A DNA stretch of 64,000 bases from an uncultured Burkholderiaceae bacterium (GCA_964480105.1 CAYZPX010000001.1:18163-82162), one strand, 5' to 3'; counted from the stretch's first letter, positions 14,789 to 22,944 are shown. Made by a program: numbers and translations. The notes: a model not told the origin generated them from the sequence alone.

Positions 14789-14900
14789 GTGCCGCGATCA
14801 GCTCCCCTGTCGCATTTGCGCCTTCTTCCAGCTCTTGCACTTTGAGTGTCAGTTCTTCGATGGCGCGCGAAAAGACCGCGAATTTTTCCGCATCGTTCAT
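14553..14900 (-). CDS. hypothetical protein on the opposite strand inside the early-right operon
   Basis: ATG 14900 preceded by AAGGAGG. 115 aa (MNDAEKFAVFSRAIEELTLKVQELEE...). Third-position G/C bias favours this frame over the overlapping plus-strand frame. Confidence 0.65.
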   Translation of the reverse strand: MNDAEKFAVFSRAIEELTLKVQELEEGANATGELIAALTLLLHACYQLHPQRDEVLALADRIAAQASVQPQVLLGNRGMLQGAMQHLALWTRQQMPQEESPKKPPNHDGSTRVAY

Positions 14901-14986
14901 GTCCGCCCTCCTTGGCGATGGTTGTGTAGGAACTCCCATCGTAGGTCAAGGACGGGCGGGCGCCCATTTCATTGAGGAGCCGATCC

Positions 14987-15199
14987 ATGGCTGAGAAGTT
15001 GACCGCAGCCGTGACCGTGAAGCTGTGTGATGTCCGAATGACCCGTGGCAGCGCACTTGCCCAACGCAAAGGGATGTGTGTGTCTGAGTTCATGCGCCAC
15101 CTCCTGGATCAAGCGATTGAGGCGGCAGAAGCTGAGTACCGCGCCCTTGATTCCATCTTCGGCGCATCAGCAGCCAAAGGCGAGGAAAACCAGGAATGA
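14987..15199 (+). CDS. ribbon-helix-helix (CopG/Arc-like) DNA-binding protein
   Basis: ATG 14987 with GAGGAG upstream. The pattern MAEKLTAAVTVKLCDVRMTRGSALAQRKGMCVSEFMRHLL is beta strand then two helices. Confidence 0.55.
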   Translation: MAEKLTAAVTVKLCDVRMTRGSALAQRKGMCVSEFMRHLLDQAIEAAEAEYRALDSIFGASAAKGEENQE

Positions 15200-15384
15200 C
15201 TGAGGAAACCCTGCGCCTGGCGGTGCTCATCGACAAGCGCCGCGCCCTGGCCGCCCAGCTCGCTGGCGTGGACCTGGAAATCGCCATGCACCAAGGCGAC
15301 CGCGAAGCAGCACAGCGCTGCCTTCAAGAAATGAATCAACAGACCGCGCTGCGCAAAGCGGCACGGCAGGACCAAGAGGTCTGA
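15196..15384 (+). CDS. small hypothetical protein
   Basis: 62 aa, ATGA overlap with the upstream gene. Confidence 0.5.
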   Translation: MTEETLRLAVLIDKRRALAAQLAGVDLEIAMHQGDREAAQRCLQEMNQQTALRKAARQDQEV

Positions 15385-15690
15385 ATGGTTTTGACCACGG
15401 ATAGCCAGGGCTTGATCACCTTGGTGAAAAGCGACACCCCCGCCTGCCGTTGGTCTTTTATTAAGGGGTGCAAGGGGAACAAGATGAAATTGAATCAAGA
15501 GCACGAGACCGAGGTTTTCCTGAACGATGCCGGCGGCGTGTCTATTGCGCAGCAAGATCATGTCTGCCCTTCCTGCAACGACGTGGTGCAGAGCATTGTT
15601 TTCTTTGGGGACATTGGCCGAATTCGCGCAGTAGCTGACGAGTTGATTCGACTGGCCAACGCAATTGAAGCAGAGGCTGTCCATGCGTGA
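15385..15690 (+). CDS. hypothetical protein (start uncertain; an internal ATG is also possible)
   Basis: 101-aa ORF containing a CPSC motif. Its stop overlaps the next gene. Confidence 0.5.
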   Translation: MVLTTDSQGLITLVKSDTPACRWSFIKGCKGNKMKLNQEHETEVFLNDAGGVSIAQQDHVCPSCNDVVQSIVFFGDIGRIRAVADELIRLANAIEAEAVHA

Positions 15691-16576
15691 TTACGGGAAA
15701 GTCCACACCTCTTTCTGGACCAGCACCACCATCCGCGAACTGTCTGAAGACGGTCGCGCGCTGGCAATGTATCTGTTGACCAGCCCTCACGGAACCATTG
15801 CTGGAGTGTTTCGCTTGCCCGATGGATACGCTAGCGAAGACTTGCAATGGTCTTCCGAAAGGGTTTGCAAAGGGTTTGCGGAACTGTTCGATAAGGGTTT
15901 CGCAACACGTTGCGAACAGACGAAATGGGTTTGGGTGACCAAGCATTTCGAGTGGAACCCACCAGAGAACCCAAACCAGCGCAAGTCGGTCTCCAAGGTG
16001 GTCGCACAAATACCTGATGGATGTGGCTGGAAGCTAGATTTCATGCGGGTTTGCGCCGAGTTTGCAGGGGCTGAAGCCAAGAAAAAACAGAACCCTTTCG
16101 AAACCCTTTCGAGACCCTTTCGTAATCAGGAACAGGATAAAGAAGAAGCTAACGCTTCTTTGTCGCCAGCCGAGCTGGACGACGATCCGACGCCCGCCGA
16201 AGACCTGGACGACGAAGGCAACCGCCTGCCAGCCTGCCCACACCGCGAGCTGATCGAGCTTTTTGGCAAACGCCTGCCGCAACTTGCCCAGCCCAAGCCC
16301 GAGCTGTGGAACGGCAAGAACGCGGACGCGATGCGTGCCCGGTGGCGCTGGGTCTTGACGGCCAAAAAGCCCAGCGGCCAGCGCTACGCCACGAACCGCG
16401 AGGAGGCGCTGAACTTTTTTGACCGCTTCTTCGGGTACGTCGCCACCTGCCCGCACCTGGTCGGCCAGAACTCCCGAGGCTGGGAAGCCACGCTGGCCTG
16501 GCTGGTCACGGCCGGCAACTTCACCAAGGTCATGGAGGGCAACTACGCCCCCCGCGCAGAGGAGGCCGCAGCATGA
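15683..16576 (+). CDS. replication initiation or helicase-loading protein (O/P-like role)
   Basis: Start taken at ATG 15683 (MRDYGKVHTSFW...). Sits immediately upstream of dnaB and overlaps it. The C-terminal CPHRELIELFGKRLPQL...RARWRWV resembles proteobacterial phage replication proteins I recall. Confidence 0.6.
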   Translation: MRDYGKVHTSFWTSTTIRELSEDGRALAMYLLTSPHGTIAGVFRLPDGYASEDLQWSSERVCKGFAELFDKGFATRCEQTKWVWVTKHFEWNPPENPNQRKSVSKVVAQIPDGCGWKLDFMRVCAEFAGAEAKKKQNPFETLSRPFRNQEQDKEEANASLSPAELDDDPTPAEDLDDEGNRLPACPHRELIELFGKRLPQLAQPKPELWNGKNADAMRARWRWVLTAKKPSGQRYATNREEALNFFDRFFGYVATCPHLVGQNSRGWEATLAWLVTAGNFTKVMEGNYAPRAEEAAA

Positions 16577-17967
16577 ACTTCGAGCCCACCGAAATCCTGG
16601 CCACGCCAGAACCCAGCGGCAAGCTGGCCCCGATGCTAGCCATCGAGCAAGCAGCCCTGTCCATCCTGGCCAACTTCCAGAGCGCCTTCGATGACCACGG
16701 CGACCGCCTGAAGCCCGAGCACTTCGCCTTGGCCGACCACCGCGCGATCTACACCGAGTTGCGCCGCCAGATCGCAGCCGGCAAGGGCTTCGACACCGTG
16801 AGCCTGATGGATGCCCTGGATGGCGTGGTGCCCATGGATGTGGTCCACGCCGCGATGACGGCCAGCGACCACACCGCCCGAGGCATCGCCCGCCATGTTG
16901 ACGCGCTGATCGAAGCCTACAAAGCCCGCCAGCTGCACGCCCTGAGCTACCGCATGGCCGAGCTGGCATACGAGGATGGCCCGGTGCAGGACCGCATCGA
17001 CCGCGCCCAGGCAGAGCTGGGCAAGCTGGCCGAGGATGACGTGTCCGACCGAGACGACTGGGTGGACGCCCACACCGCCGCCGTGGCGCACATCGAGCTG
17101 ATGCAGCAGCGCGAGGACGGCCACATCAAAGGGCTGGAAACCGGCCTGACCGACCTGGATGAGATCCTGGATGGCGGCCTGTACCGTGGCAACCTGGTGG
17201 TCATCGGCGCACGCCCTGCCATGGGGAAAACTGCCCTGGCAATGACCATCGGCCTGAACATGGCCCACCACTGCGCCGTTGGCCTGCTGTCGATGGAGAT
17301 GCCGCACAACGACGTGAGGGACCGTCAAACCGCTATCTTGGGCCGCGCGCCGATCAGCCACATCAAGCGCCCAGGCCAGAACACGGACTACAACCGCATC
17401 GTGGACTCGGTGGAGCGCTCCAAGACCCTGCGCTGGTTTGTGTCCGACCAGTCGGGCCTGAACATCCTGCAGGTCCGCAGCAAAGCCCGCTCCCTCAAGC
17501 GCCGCCGTGGCCTGGACGTGCTGGTGGTGGACTACATCGGGCTCATGTCCGGCCTGGACTCCAAGCAGCCGCGTGCGTACCAGATCGAGGAGATCAGCCG
17601 TGGCCTGAAGTCGCTTGCCAAAGAGCTGGACATCGTGGTCATCTGCCTTGCTCAGGTCAACCGGGGCGCTGTGGAGCGCTTGGGCCAAGTGCCCGGCCTG
17701 CAAGACCTGCGCGACTCCGGCGCGATTGAGCAGGACGCGGACGTGGTGGGCTTCATCCACCGCCCGATTGCCGCCCAGCCCGAGCTTGGCGACCACTTCA
17801 AGGACTACGCCCTGCTGCGCATCGCCAAAAACCGACAGGGCCGCACGGGCGACGTGAACCTCACCTACCAGGGGCAATACACCTGCTTTGACAGCTGGGT
17901 CGGCCCGCCCCCAACCAAGGGCGCCACCACACCGCAACCGCAATCCAAGACGCGAGGGTTTGAGTGA
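16573..17967 (+). CDS. dnaB: replicative DNA helicase DnaB
   Basis: 464 aa. GLETGLTDLDEILDGGL, Walker A GARPAMGKTA, VVDYIGLM, and the QVNR and RDSGAIEQDAD motifs. Confidence 0.95.
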   Translation: MNFEPTEILATPEPSGKLAPMLAIEQAALSILANFQSAFDDHGDRLKPEHFALADHRAIYTELRRQIAAGKGFDTVSLMDALDGVVPMDVVHAAMTASDHTARGIARHVDALIEAYKARQLHALSYRMAELAYEDGPVQDRIDRAQAELGKLAEDDVSDRDDWVDAHTAAVAHIELMQQREDGHIKGLETGLTDLDEILDGGLYRGNLVVIGARPAMGKTALAMTIGLNMAHHCAVGLLSMEMPHNDVRDRQTAILGRAPISHIKRPGQNTDYNRIVDSVERSKTLRWFVSDQSGLNILQVRSKARSLKRRRGLDVLVVDYIGLMSGLDSKQPRAYQIEEISRGLKSLAKELDIVVICLAQVNRGAVERLGQVPGLQDLRDSGAIEQDADVVGFIHRPIAAQPELGDHFKDYALLRIAKNRQGRTGDVNLTYQGQYTCFDSWVGPPPTKGATTPQPQSKTRGFE

Positions 17968-17970
17968 TGT

Positions 17971-18302
17971 ATGTCGGAGTATCAGAAGCAGCTGGAGCAC
18001 CTGCTCACGCTTGGGCGGATACCGGGCTGGAAGGAGCACGTCTGGCACAGGCTCCAGGAGCTGGACCGGCAGCCAGGGTTCCAGGGCATCAAGAACGAAG
18101 CCGTGGCGCTGCTCCGAAAGCCACCCGATGCGCAAGCTGTGGCCGGCCCATCTTCAACCCCGCCGTGCTGATTGGCCGAGCTGCCTTCGGCCCGGTGTGC
18201 GCGAAGAAGGCCGGCCTGCTGGAGCCCAAGCGCCGGAAACTGCGCTCCGAGGCGGTTGCAGACACGCTGACGGCAGATTTGTTCGAGGGGGTGGCGGCAT
18301 GA
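17971..18302 (+). pseudogene. small zinc-ribbon (DUF6011-like) gene split over two frames
   Basis: Frame A (17971-18171) codes well up to about 18115. Frame B carries CASCGRPI...GPVCAKK with good codon bias to the TGA at 18302, but has no start codon of its own. The methyltransferase ATG overlaps the frame-B stop. Confidence 0.5.
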
Positions 18303-19267
18303 ACATCATCGAATTTGGGGATTGCCGCGACACGATGCGGAGCTGGGCGCAGGACGGCGTGCGCGTGCAAACGTGCGTGACCAGCCCGCCTTATTTCGGA
18401 TTGCGCGATTACGGCCATGCCGGCCAGATCGGGCTGGAACAAACCCCCGATGAGTACATCGCCGCAATGGTCGAAGTGTTCCGGTGCGTCCGCGATGTGC
18501 TGGCCGACGATGGGACGCTGTGGGTCAACATTGGGGACAGCTATGCCAACGGTGGTCGGAAAACCCGCGACACGGACGACAAGCTGGCGCAACGGGGCAT
18601 GGACACGCGCCCCTTTGACCCGGAGGGTGTCAAACCCAAAGACCTCATAGGCATCCCCTGGCTACTCGCCTTCGCCCTTCGCGCCGACGGCTGGTACCTG
18701 CGCCAGGACATCATTTGGCACAAGCCAAACCCGATGCCAGAGTCGGTGCGCGATCGCTGCACCAAGGCGCATGAGTACGTGTTCCTGTTGTCTAAGTCGG
18801 AGCGGTATTTCTTCGACAGCGAGGCCATCAAAGAGCCGGTGGCAGAGGCGTCAATCAAGCGCATGCAGAGCGGTAAGCCGCCGCGCATGGGAGGCGAAAA
18901 GTACGGGGGTGACGAAAGCCGTTTCAGCGCAACCAAGAGCGGCAACGAATACGCACTTACGGAAACCCGCAACCGCCGCAGCGTCTGGACCGTCGCCACC
19001 CGCCCCTACAAGGGCGCCCACTTCGCCACCTTCCCTCCTGCGCTGATCGAGCCGTGCATTCTGGCCGGTAGCAGGCCCGGCGACATAGTTTTGGACCCGT
19101 TCATGGGCAGCGGGACGACTGCAGCCGTGGCACTCCAGTACGGACGCCAGTACCTTGGATGCGAACTGAACCCCGAATATGGGGCGCTGCAGGATGAGCG
19201 CATCGGCCCCTACCAAGAAGGACCGCTGTTCACGCAGTTTGCTTGCGAGGAGGTCGAATGCGCTTGA
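18299..19267 (+). CDS. beta-class DNA methyltransferase (N4-cytosine or N6-adenine)
   Basis: Start at ATG 18299 (MNIIEFGDCRD). SPPY (motif IV) precedes DPFMGSGTT (motif I), which is the beta-class order. Confidence 0.9.
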   Translation: MNIIEFGDCRDTMRSWAQDGVRVQTCVTSPPYFGLRDYGHAGQIGLEQTPDEYIAAMVEVFRCVRDVLADDGTLWVNIGDSYANGGRKTRDTDDKLAQRGMDTRPFDPEGVKPKDLIGIPWLLAFALRADGWYLRQDIIWHKPNPMPESVRDRCTKAHEYVFLLSKSERYFFDSEAIKEPVAEASIKRMQSGKPPRMGGEKYGGDESRFSATKSGNEYALTETRNRRSVWTVATRPYKGAHFATFPPALIEPCILAGSRPGDIVLDPFMGSGTTAAVALQYGRQYLGCELNPEYGALQDERIGPYQEGPLFTQFACEEVECA

Positions 19268-19677
19268 TTGGAATTGACCCCGGAGCGAGCACCGGCATTG
19301 CCCTCTACGAAGCTGGAGAGCTGCGCGAGCTGCACACCATCGCCCCCCACCAGATCGCCTGGTGGATTGCCGACCTGAAGGTGCAGAAGGTCATTTTTGA
19401 GGACTCCCGCCTTCAGCCCCACACATGGAAGCGCGGGAAAAACATTCCCGCCACGTTAAAGATGGCTCGGAACGTCGGTCAGGTTGATGCCTGGTGCCAC
19501 TTGATTGCAGCGGTTTGCAAAGACTTGGGCGTCCCGACGCTTGGCATCAGTCCGAAAGGGAAGGGCGCAAAGATCAAGGATGAGGAGTTCAGGCTCACGA
19601 CCGGCTGGGAAGGGCGCAGCAACCAGCACACCCGCGACGCCGCGATGGTGGCTTGGCCGCATCGGAGGGCTGCATGA
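19258..19677 (+). CDS. RuvC-like Holliday junction resolvase
   Basis: ATG 19258 after GAGGAGG. MRLIGIDPGASTGIALY is an RNase H-fold start. 139 aa. Confidence 0.6.
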   Translation: MRLIGIDPGASTGIALYEAGELRELHTIAPHQIAWWIADLKVQKVIFEDSRLQPHTWKRGKNIPATLKMARNVGQVDAWCHLIAAVCKDLGVPTLGISPKGKGAKIKDEEFRLTTGWEGRSNQHTRDAAMVAWPHRRAA

Positions 19678-20135
19678 GCGACGCCGTGCATTACCGCCTG
19701 CACAGCCCAAAGCAGGCCCACGACGTGATGATCAAGGCTTGGGAATACGCAAAGGCCAAGCTGGCCTTGGGCTCCAAGCGCTTGATTCTGGAGATCCGGC
19801 AGGAGACCCGCAGCAGCCAGCAGAACCGCCTGCTGCACGCGCTGTTCAACGACGTGTCCAAGCAGGCCGAATGGATGGGCAAGCCCCGAACTCCAGCCGA
19901 ATGGAAGCTGATCTTTGTGTCTGGCCATTCGGTGGTTACCCAGCAAGGCGCCGAAGTGGTGCCAGGGCTTGAGGGTGAATTTCTGAACTTGCGCGAGAGC
20001 ACCGCACAGATGAGCCGCGACCGAATGGGCAGCCTGCTGGAGTACGTGCTGGCCTGGTGCGCGAACAACGACATCGAGCTGCGCGAAGCCGCGCGTTGGC
20101 AAGTAGATCCAGAAACCGGGGAGATTGCGGAGTGA
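19674..20135 (+). CDS. ninB: NinB/Orf-family recombination mediator
   Basis: ATGA overlap. 153 aa. RSSQQNRLLHALFNDVSKQ and the overall length match lambda NinB as I remember it. Confidence 0.7.
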   Translation: MSDAVHYRLHSPKQAHDVMIKAWEYAKAKLALGSKRLILEIRQETRSSQQNRLLHALFNDVSKQAEWMGKPRTPAEWKLIFVSGHSVVTQQGAEVVPGLEGEFLNLRESTAQMSRDRMGSLLEYVLAWCANNDIELREAARWQVDPETGEIAE

Positions 20136-20389
20136 ACAACAAGCTGACCGCTCGCCAGCGAGCCCACCTTGCCCGCGTCAAGGAGCTTCCTTGCTCGCTT
20201 TGTGACGCCCCAGGCCCGAGTGAAGCCCATCACTACCGCCAAGGCAGCCAATACACCTGCATTGCCCTGTGCCCCGAGTGCCATAGAGGTTCTGTCCTTG
20301 GACTCCACGGTCAGCGCCGAATGTGGGCCATCAAGAAGATGGACGAACTGGACGCCCTAAACATAACCATCGAACGCCTGCTGGCCTGA
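20132..20389 (+). CDS. small Cys/His-rich HNH-like (AHH motif) protein
   Basis: GTGA overlap. 85 aa. LPCSLCD...EAHH...CPECH. Confidence 0.5.
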   Translation: MNNKLTARQRAHLARVKELPCSLCDAPGPSEAHHYRQGSQYTCIALCPECHRGSVLGLHGQRRMWAIKKMDELDALNITIERLLA

Positions 20390-20414
20390 CCCAATCCCCA
20401 CCACCAAAGACCAC

Positions 20415-20957
20415 ATGAGCACCACTGAAGCCTACCTCCGCGCAGTCACCAGCACCCAGCTGACCATCGACCCCGAGCGCTTCACCCAGGCCGACACCCT
20501 CATCGCCGCAGGCATGTGCGTGTCCCAGCACCGGCAGCGGGATCTAGCCCTTCGGGTCTGGCGCCTGCGCGTCAGCGGGGAGATGCAGGGAGCGCGCCAG
20601 CTGGCCGAAGACTTGGCGCCCATCGTCATGAGGATGAGCGTAGCAGGGAGGGGCAAACAAGCCAAGCCCACAATGACCCGCATCCAGTCCGTGGACCTGG
20701 CAATGGAGACCCTGAAATGGTGGTGCTTCCAGACATGCCCCGTGTGTCACGGACGTGGCCACCCCGTCATCCCGAACACTCCGACGCTGGACACGACGCG
20801 GGAGTGCCATCACTGTGAAGGGACTGGCATCCGGCCCATGCGCCGCTATGTGAAGAACCACGCCCTGGCCGAGAAGCTGGTGGATCGGCTGAATGGCCTG
20901 AGCAGCGTGGTGTTCTCGGACATGGCGCGGAAGCTGGCGAATGCGATGGAGCTTTGA
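20415..20957 (+). CDS. zinc-finger protein at the Q position (putative late-gene antiterminator or activator)
   Basis: 180 aa with CPVCHGRG and CHHCEGTG (two CxxCxGxG). Last early gene before the promoter-like repeats. Function inferred from position only. Confidence 0.45.
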   Translation: MSTTEAYLRAVTSTQLTIDPERFTQADTLIAAGMCVSQHRQRDLALRVWRLRVSGEMQGARQLAEDLAPIVMRMSVAGRGKQAKPTMTRIQSVDLAMETLKWWCFQTCPVCHGRGHPVIPNTPTLDTTRECHHCEGTGIRPMRRYVKNHALAEKLVDRLNGLSSVVFSDMARKLANAMEL

Positions 20958-20983
20958 AGATTTTTCAGAAAACCTGAAATCTT

Positions 20984-21013
20984 TTGCTGAAGATAACATT
21001 TAGGTGTTATGAT
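20984..21013 (+). promoter_or_regulatory. promoter-like element P1 upstream of radC-like gene
   Basis: TTGCTG, 18 nt, TATGAT. Shares GCTG-AAG...TATRATTCAGCC-ATGCA and a downstream GC hairpin with P2. Confidence 0.45.
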
Positions 21014-21081
21014 TCAGCCCATGCAGACAACAAAGACTGCACCGCCCGGGCGGTACCCGGCACCCTCTGAAGGATCACATC

Positions 21082-21573
21082 ATGAACTCAGCAACCCTGA
21101 ACCTGAACGCCGGCACCTATGCTGTCACCTTGGACGATGATGGCATCATCGCCCGCGCAATGGAAATCCTTGCGGCTCGCCTTTACAAGCCATCAACTGT
21201 TCTTGAGAGCCCGGACGTTGTGAAAAAGTACCTCCAGCTCAAGATGTCAAAGCACACAATGCAGGAAGTGTTCAGTGTGATTTTCTTGGACGCCCAGCAC
21301 GCCGTGATGGAGTATCGAGAGATGTTCTACGGAACGCTCACCCAGACAAGCGTGTACCCGCGTGAAGTCGCTCGAATCGCCTTAGAGATTGGCGCCGCAG
21401 CTGTCATCCTGGCACACAACCACCCGAGCGGAAACGTGACTCCAAGCCATGCCGACGAGCACCTAACCCGGACCCTGAAGTCCGCACTGTCACTGGTCGA
21501 TGTGAGGGTGCTGGACCACATCATTGTTGGGGGTGGGGACAGTCTCTCGATGGCAGAAAAAGGACTGGTTTGA
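21082..21573 (+). CDS. RadC-like JAB/MPN domain protein
   Basis: 163 aa. VILAHNHPSGNVTPSHAD is the JAMM motif HxHPSG...S..D. Confidence 0.85.
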   Translation: MNSATLNLNAGTYAVTLDDDGIIARAMEILAARLYKPSTVLESPDVVKKYLQLKMSKHTMQEVFSVIFLDAQHAVMEYREMFYGTLTQTSVYPREVARIALEIGAAAVILAHNHPSGNVTPSHADEHLTRTLKSALSLVDVRVLDHIIVGGGDSLSMAEKGLV

Positions 21574-21583
21574 GGAGATGATC

Positions 21584-21784
21584 ATGCAGAACAACCACGA
21601 CCGCTATCTTTCGATTGTGCAGTGGGTGCGCAAACGCTATCAGGAGAGTGACGGGCGCATCGTCATATCCACCAATGGAGCGCCGTCGATATATGCGCGC
21701 ATCGAAGAAATGGCGTGGCGAAAGCTCATCCGCACGGTCGAGCGCGATAGCGAAGGGTGTCTGGTATTCAGGCCAACTCGCTAA
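21584..21784 (+). CDS. small hypothetical protein
   Basis: ATG 21584 lies 7 nt after GAGGAG. 66 aa. Confidence 0.5.
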   Translation: MQNNHDRYLSIVQWVRKRYQESDGRIVISTNGAPSIYARIEEMAWRKLIRTVERDSEGCLVFRPTR

Positions 21785-21799
21785 AAAAACTCAAAAAAG

Positions 21800-21829
21800 C
21801 TGGAAAGTTAACTGCTAACGGTTTATAAT
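21800..21829 (+). promoter_or_regulatory. promoter-like element P2
   Basis: CTGGAA/TGGAAA, 17-18 nt, TATAAT. Paralogous to P1. Confidence 0.45.
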
Positions 21830-21896
21830 TCAGCCATGCACTCGAAATTGAGCGCACCGACCCGGCGGCTCCGGGATTCCACAAATGGAGCAAATC

Positions 21897-22124
21897 ATGG
21901 CATTTTTCACAATCAAATCTCGCGCCCACGGCGATGTGACTTTCCATGTCAGAGATGAAGGCGGGTATGTGCGGGTCAAAAGCAAAGAGTGGGACTATCG
22001 CCAGCCGTGCGAAGGCGGTGGCTTCATGGGTGGCACGCTCATGGCAGATGAGCAGACCCTGGAAAAAGTAGCCCGCCGCTGGTGGAAAAAATTTCTGACC
22101 ATTGATCGGCTGATGGATGTCTGA
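21897..22124 (+). CDS. hypothetical protein
   Basis: ATG 21897 lies 7 nt after GGAG. 75 aa. Confidence 0.55.
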   Translation: MAFFTIKSRAHGDVTFHVRDEGGYVRVKSKEWDYRQPCEGGGFMGGTLMADEQTLEKVARRWWKKFLTIDRLMDV

Positions 22125-22554
22125 CGCCCTCATTCACCTGCGCGTCCCAGCAGAGCTAAAAGCCCGCTGGGTGCGCGAAAGCCGTGCCGCAGGGATGCGG
22201 CTCACCGACTGGATTTTGCAGCGCGTGGAGGCGCAGCCCATGAAGCAGATCACACCTATCTCCATCCCGCAGGGGGTGGTTTTTTCCGACCTGCGCCTTG
22301 AGCGCGACCCGAAGACCGGCGATGTGTCTTTTGACACAGCCATCATCGAGCGCATCGAGCGTGAGAGCGGTCTGCCTGCTGGCTTTTTTATGGGCCAGCA
22401 TGAGGATGCTGTGGCATCACTCATCACTGGGTGGTACAGCGCCCATCGTGCCGCCGGTGGCGAGGCTGATCCAGTGGCCGAGGACCTCCTGGCTGAGGTC
22501 CGTGCCGAAGAGGCGGCAGGGCAGTCCTACAGCCACCAACCGGGGCGCGCATGA
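22117..22554 (+). CDS. hypothetical protein with an RHH-like N-terminus
   Basis: 145 aa. LIHLRVPAELKARWVRESRAAG resembles an Arc/MetJ-type strand-helix. Confidence 0.6.
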   Translation: MSDALIHLRVPAELKARWVRESRAAGMRLTDWILQRVEAQPMKQITPISIPQGVVFSDLRLERDPKTGDVSFDTAIIERIERESGLPAGFFMGQHEDAVASLITGWYSAHRAAGGEADPVAEDLLAEVRAEEAAGQSYSHQPGRA

Positions 22555-22772
22555 CGCCCGAAGCCTTTGCTGCCCTCGTCAAGCTCCTGCGCATGACAGG
22601 CGCACCCTCGATCGAGGCTGCCCGCCTGGTGCTTGTAGAGGGAAAGACCCAGAAGGAAGCCATCGAAGCTACCGGCATCACCCAGGCAGGGGCGAGTCAG
22701 GCGGTGAAGCGGTGCAGGGCGGGGATAGCGCTGGCAAAAGAAGTTGCAGACGGCACTGGAAAGCTGGTATAG
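22551..22772 (+). CDS. small HTH regulator
   Basis: 73 aa. KTQKEAIEATGITQAGASQAVKR is HTH-like. Confidence 0.6.
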   Translation: MTPEAFAALVKLLRMTGAPSIEAARLVLVEGKTQKEAIEATGITQAGASQAVKRCRAGIALAKEVADGTGKLV

Positions 22773-22791
22773 AATCGCGCCACGCAATAAA

Positions 22792-22930
22792 CCTGGGGTG
22801 TTCCCAGGACAACAACAAGCGGCACCAATAAAGGCTGCCGCATGTGCGAATAGATAACCAAACCCGCTCAGAGCAATCTCAGCGGGTTTTTTCATTCCAG
22901 CCCCTCGCTCACTGAGTCAGGGGCTTTTTC
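22792..22930 (+). repeat. structured intergenic module, copy 1 (two covarying hairpins plus two tandem intrinsic terminators)
   Basis: CCTGGG-GTGTT-CCCAGG, then AACAAGCGGC...GCCGC hairpin, CATGT, then terminators 22862-22892 and 22899-22930 (each with a T run). Paralogue at 45965-46093. Confidence 0.7.
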
Positions 22931-22944
22931 ATGGCCGCGCCACG

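Noticed and set aside
13873-15093. 406-aa minus-strand ORF spanning cro and the following genes.
   Set aside because: It overlaps the well-supported cro gene and the plus-strand ORF. Its sequence is low-complexity (Ser/Ala/Arg/Gly) and has no Shine-Dalgarno. Only the separate 14553..14900 frame on this strand has coding bias plus a Shine-Dalgarno.
18112-18128. Programmed -1 ribosomal frameshift as the explanation for the split zinc-ribbon gene.
   Set aside because: There is no X XXY YYZ slippery heptamer and no obvious downstream stimulatory structure. A one-base indel near CCACCC is the simpler explanation. It is kept as a finding, not asserted as recoding.
16034-18135. Minus-strand ORFs 16034..16969 (311 aa) and 16636..18135 (499 aa).
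   Set aside because: They are antisense to the replication initiator and dnaB, whose identities are unambiguous.
17888-18298. N-terminal 137 codons of track ORF 17888..19267 (459 aa).
   Set aside because: This part is Arg/Gly/Pro/Ser-rich junk overlapping dnaB and the small zinc-ribbon gene. The methyltransferase sequence proper starts at ATG 18299, which overlaps the upstream stop.
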